From Fidelibacterota bacterium (GTDB lineage: Bacteria > Fidelibacterota > Marinisomatia > Marinisomatales > JAHJCW01), in contig JBHPLN010000003.1 in the NCBI GenBank assembly GCA_042564205.1, forward strand, positions 20,290-84,289: DNA of 64,000 bases, given 5' to 3'. The notes under the pieces were generated by a model. That model saw only the letters and a program-made list of their open reading frames with translations, did not search any database and was not told the origin of the DNA. Of the stretch, positions 60,646 through 64,000 are shown in pieces. Both the position numbers and the translations under genes were made by a program. Within the stretch, counting starts at the first letter, position 1, and each line of letters opens with the position of its first letter.

Positions 60646-62895
60646 ATGAAGCTTGCATATATCGGAACATATCCTCCTCGGGAATGTGGAATTGGTACAT
60701 TTACTATGAATCTACGTTCTTCTATGGTTTATACTAATGATAGAAAAAAAGATGCCATCGAAGGATTAGTTATAGCTATGAATGACCATGAACAAACCTA
60801 TAATTATCCAGAAGAAGTCAAACTGACCATCAGGCAAGAGCATCAACGAGATTATTTAGAGGCAGCTAATTTTATTAATCTAAGTGGGGCTAACCTTTGC
60901 ATATTGGAACATGAATTTGGAATATTTGGCGGAAAAAATGGTGTATATATTCTTCCATTACTTCACCGACTTAAAATTCCCCTAGTTGTAACGCTTCACA
61001 CAATTATCAAAACTCCCTCTTACAATGAAAAAGCTGTGTTGGTGGAAATATGTAAAATGGCCAATAAGATAGTCGTAATGAGCCATAAAGCCATTGAGTA
61101 TCTTACAAATATCTATAAAGTAGATTTAAGGAAAATTGTGTATATCGAGCATGGTGTACCTGACATTCAGTTCAATCAGGCTCAGTCTAAGAAGGACTTT
61201 AATTTAGAAAATAAACAGGTCTTACTAACATTTGGTTTTATTAGCAGAAATAAAGGGATTGAAACGGTAATAAATGCATTACCAAAAGTCATCGAAAAGT
61301 ATCCAAATGTTCTATATATAGTTTTAGGTAAAACTCATCCAAATGTTCTTAGACATTCTGGAGAAGAATACCGTGTTTTTCTTCAATATTTAGTGAAAAC
61401 TCTTAACCTGAGCAAACATGTTTATTTCCTGAATGAGTTTATTAATCAAAAAAAATTGTTTAAATATTTATTTGCTTCTGATATATATATTACACCCTAT
61501 TTGAATGAAGCCCAGATTACCAGTGGTACACTTTCCTACGCAATAGGTGTGGGTTCAGCTGTTATTTCAACACCTTATTGGCATGCAATAGAGTTATTGG
61601 CGGATGGCAGGGGAAAGCTTTTTAACTTTGATGATGCAGATGAACTTTCAACTATTTTAATCGAATTATTGGATAAACCGGATGTATTGAAAGTATTGCG
61701 GGAAAAGGCATATAATTATGGCAGAGGAATAACATGGCCCAAAACCGGAGAAAAATATATTGCAGTAGCTAAAAATATTATTGCCAATAAACCTGTTGTA
61801 ATAGCGAAAGAAGATACCATTCTTAATCCACTGATTCTACCTCCATTCTCGCTTGTCCACATAGCCCATTTAACAGATGATACAGGGATCATTCAACATG
61901 CGAATTTTGGTATTCCTAATTTAAAAGATGGATACTGCCTAGATGATAATGCGCGAGCCTTACTTATGGTACTAATGGCATACAAACAAAAAAAGGATAC
62001 TCTGGCTTTTAAATTAGCTCCTATATATTTGAGCTATATCCACTATATGCAAAACGAAGATGGGACATTCAAAAACTTTCTCAGTTTTAGCCGAAATTTT
62101 CTTGACGAAATAGGTTCAGAAGTTTCATTCGGAAGAACTATCTGGGCACTTGGCTATCTGATTGGTAATGCTCCAAATGATTCATATTTGCAAATCGGAA
62201 GATTAATATATTTAAATGCATCCGAGAATTTTGAGAAACTTCAGTCTATCAGAGGTATTGCTAATACTGTACTAGGTATCAGCTATTATCTTCGGAGTAA
62301 TCCATCAGATGATTTTATGACTGAAATATTAAGAAGCCTTACCTATAAACTAATCAAGCAATATGAAGAAAATAGTTCTCCTAAATGGCAATGGTTCGAA
62401 CCTCTACTGTCTCATGATAATGGGATGCTGCCACTTGCATTATTACATTCAGCCAAAATATTTAAAGATGAAAAAGTAACAAAGACTGCTTTGGAAACCC
62501 TGAAGTTTTTAACAAAAATTACATTTAAAGATGGTTACTTATCGATTATAGGTAATGAAAAATGGTATAAGAAAGATGGTGAACGTTCCATGTTTACTCA
62601 ACAGCCGGTGGATGCCCTTGCTATGGTATTAATGTATCATGAGGCTTTTAATCTAACAAAAGATAAAGAATATCTTAGAAAATTATTTGCCTGTTTCATG
62701 TGGTTCCTGGGAGAAAATGATCTTAGGATGAGTTTGTACGATTTTGAAACCACAGGTTGCTGCGACGGTTTAGCCAGTTATGGTGTAAATCGAGACCAGG
62801 GTGCTGAAAGTTCACTGGCCTATTTGATTTCTCACCTAACAGTCCTACGGGCATTTGATGAATTTGGGAAAAAAAGAATTGAAAATGTCAAATAG
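60646..62895 (+). CDS. GT4 glycosyltransferase fused to a C-terminal six-hairpin-like domain
   Basis: GTYPPRECGIGTF, HEFGIFGG, KGIE, PYLNEAQITSGTL; C-terminal GYCLDDNARAL, QQPVDA, CCDGL...QGAES. Confidence 0.88.
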   Translation: MKLAYIGTYPPRECGIGTFTMNLRSSMVYTNDRKKDAIEGLVIAMNDHEQTYNYPEEVKLTIRQEHQRDYLEAANFINLSGANLCILEHEFGIFGGKNGVYILPLLHRLKIPLVVTLHTIIKTPSYNEKAVLVEICKMANKIVVMSHKAIEYLTNIYKVDLRKIVYIEHGVPDIQFNQAQSKKDFNLENKQVLLTFGFISRNKGIETVINALPKVIEKYPNVLYIVLGKTHPNVLRHSGEEYRVFLQYLVKTLNLSKHVYFLNEFINQKKLFKYLFASDIYITPYLNEAQITSGTLSYAIGVGSAVISTPYWHAIELLADGRGKLFNFDDADELSTILIELLDKPDVLKVLREKAYNYGRGITWPKTGEKYIAVAKNIIANKPVVIAKEDTILNPLILPPFSLVHIAHLTDDTGIIQHANFGIPNLKDGYCLDDNARALLMVLMAYKQKKDTLAFKLAPIYLSYIHYMQNEDGTFKNFLSFSRNFLDEIGSEVSFGRTIWALGYLIGNAPNDSYLQIGRLIYLNASENFEKLQSIRGIANTVLGISYYLRSNPSDDFMTEILRSLTYKLIKQYEENSSPKWQWFEPLLSHDNGMLPLALLHSAKIFKDEKVTKTALETLKFLTKITFKDGYLSIIGNEKWYKKDGERSMFTQQPVDALAMVLMYHEAFNLTKDKEYLRKLFACFMWFLGENDLRMSLYDFETTGCCDGLASYGVNRDQGAESSLAYLISHLTVLRAFDEFGKKRIENVK

Positions 62896-63475
62896 ATATC
62901 GATTTTGGTAGTATCCGTCCAGTACGTGCCATATACCGTTTATATTCCTCCCCAAATTTCTCGATCATCATTTCTTCTTCGCTACTGAACCTGATCAAAT
63001 ATTGGAATGTTGAAGTAAGGAGAAACGGATAAGCAGCAAACCAGTTGTGGAGGATCATAATTTGCGCAATTGCCCATAAAATGTGAGCAGCATACATGGG
63101 ATGACGAATATACTTGAATATCCCTTCGGTGACTAGCGTGTGTTCATCCCGGAGGCCGATGGTTACCGTCCAGTTCCTACCCAGGTCCGCATGAGAACGC
63201 CAGAGCAGCAGGATCGCAACCACAAATAATACGAAACCTGTCCATCCTAGCCAGTCGGGAAGTTCATAATTCGCGAAGTTAAGTACGGTTGAGAATACAT
63301 AGACCAGAGGCAACAGCATGGCAACACCGTTTAATCCTAAAAAGACAAGATCGAGTTTTGTTTTCTTATCTAGTACCATATCCAGAGTGCGATACTTCGC
63401 CGTGTATATTTTGCGCACAACGGCTATGATCAAGTACAAAACGAAATATACGATTTTGAATTCTGAATTAAACAT
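62888..63475 (-). CDS. Isoprenylcysteine carboxyl methyltransferase (ICMT) family membrane protein
   Basis: LGRNWT, HTLVTEGIFKYIRHPMY, EEEMMIEKFGEEY. Confidence 0.9.
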   Translation of the reverse strand: MFNSEFKIVYFVLYLIIAVVRKIYTAKYRTLDMVLDKKTKLDLVFLGLNGVAMLLPLVYVFSTVLNFANYELPDWLGWTGFVLFVVAILLLWRSHADLGRNWTVTIGLRDEHTLVTEGIFKYIRHPMYAAHILWAIAQIMILHNWFAAYPFLLTSTFQYLIRFSSEEEMMIEKFGEEYKRYMARTGRILPKSISI

Positions 63476-63628
63476 TTTAACTCCTAAATAATCCGTTTGT
63501 TATTCGTACTCTGACCGAAACTCCTCACGAATAGCAGCCACCTGGGATAAATTGCATACCTTGAAAGTAGTATTCATGGGGTTAACTACAAATTTCATAT
63601 CTTCTTTGTTTTTGTTTAAGTCTCTATA

Positions 63629-64000
63629 TTATTTTTCGACAGCGAAACCAAGATTCCCTTTCGTTGCAACCACCACAGCAACTCCCGCTAGAGCCACGAC
63701 TACACTAGCTACAATGAATAGGGTAACATCAAAGGGTTGTATTGATTCACTTGGGATAGCATTGGTTAGCAAGACGAGGGTCCATGTGTTGAATGCCGTA
63801 TGGAACAGGTAACCAGCGATCAACGAACTCTTGCCGGAATTGTTATAGGTCCAGGTCATTAATATAGACCAGCCAATCTCCGTCAGGATAAACCACGGGA
63901 AGAAACGCAAGCCCCCCATAGAAAACTGGAAAGAATCCGGCTGAAAGAACTCTGGTAACAACCATGCACCAAAGAAGGTTCCAAGGATGAGGGTTCCTAA
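63629..64000 (-). CDS. CPBP/Abi (type II CAAX protease-like) membrane protein, C-terminal part (runs off window)
   Basis: Frame open to 64000: LILGTFFGAWLLP...SILMTWTYNNSGKSSLIAGYLFHTAFN (HxxxN motif). Confidence 0.75.
   Translation of the reverse strand, partial: LGTLILGTFFGAWLLPEFFQPDSFQFSMGGLRFFPWFILTEIGWSILMTWTYNNSGKSSLIAGYLFHTAFNTWTLVLLTNAIPSESIQPFDVTLFIVASVVVALAGVAVVVATKGNLGFAVEK

Overview
AT-rich bacterial chromosomal window, mostly minus-strand genes. Inferred FCB-group organism, possibly Marinisomatota/Ignavibacteria-like, from the NYPNPFN-type C-terminal domains, a DUF4295/bL38-like gene and TAnnTTTG promoters used alongside Shine-Dalgarno sites. 1-10.1 kb is core translation: pheT (partial), pheS, rplT, rpmI, infC (ATC start), thrS, tadA, glnS, gltX and six tRNAs. 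10-19 kb holds assorted membrane and hydrolase genes. From about 19 kb to the end is an accessory region divided by four clear and one eroded same-orientation copies of the 3' half of a tRNA-Leu(TAA) gene with shared flanks. No integrase or intact tRNA-Leu is in the window. The repeats delimit cassette-like blocks: RND pump plus methyltransferase; one aldo/keto reductase; a 30 kb SusD-less catabolic locus (TonB receptor, two FG-GAP proteins, PhoD, NRAMP-like transporter, sugar-acid enzymes); a secreted His-rich fibre-like protein plus partner; and a response regulator/glycosyltransferase/ICMT/CPBP block. This tRNA-anchored cassette array and its 30 kb cargo are the best candidates for an undescribed system. 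All calls are by eye; no searches were run.
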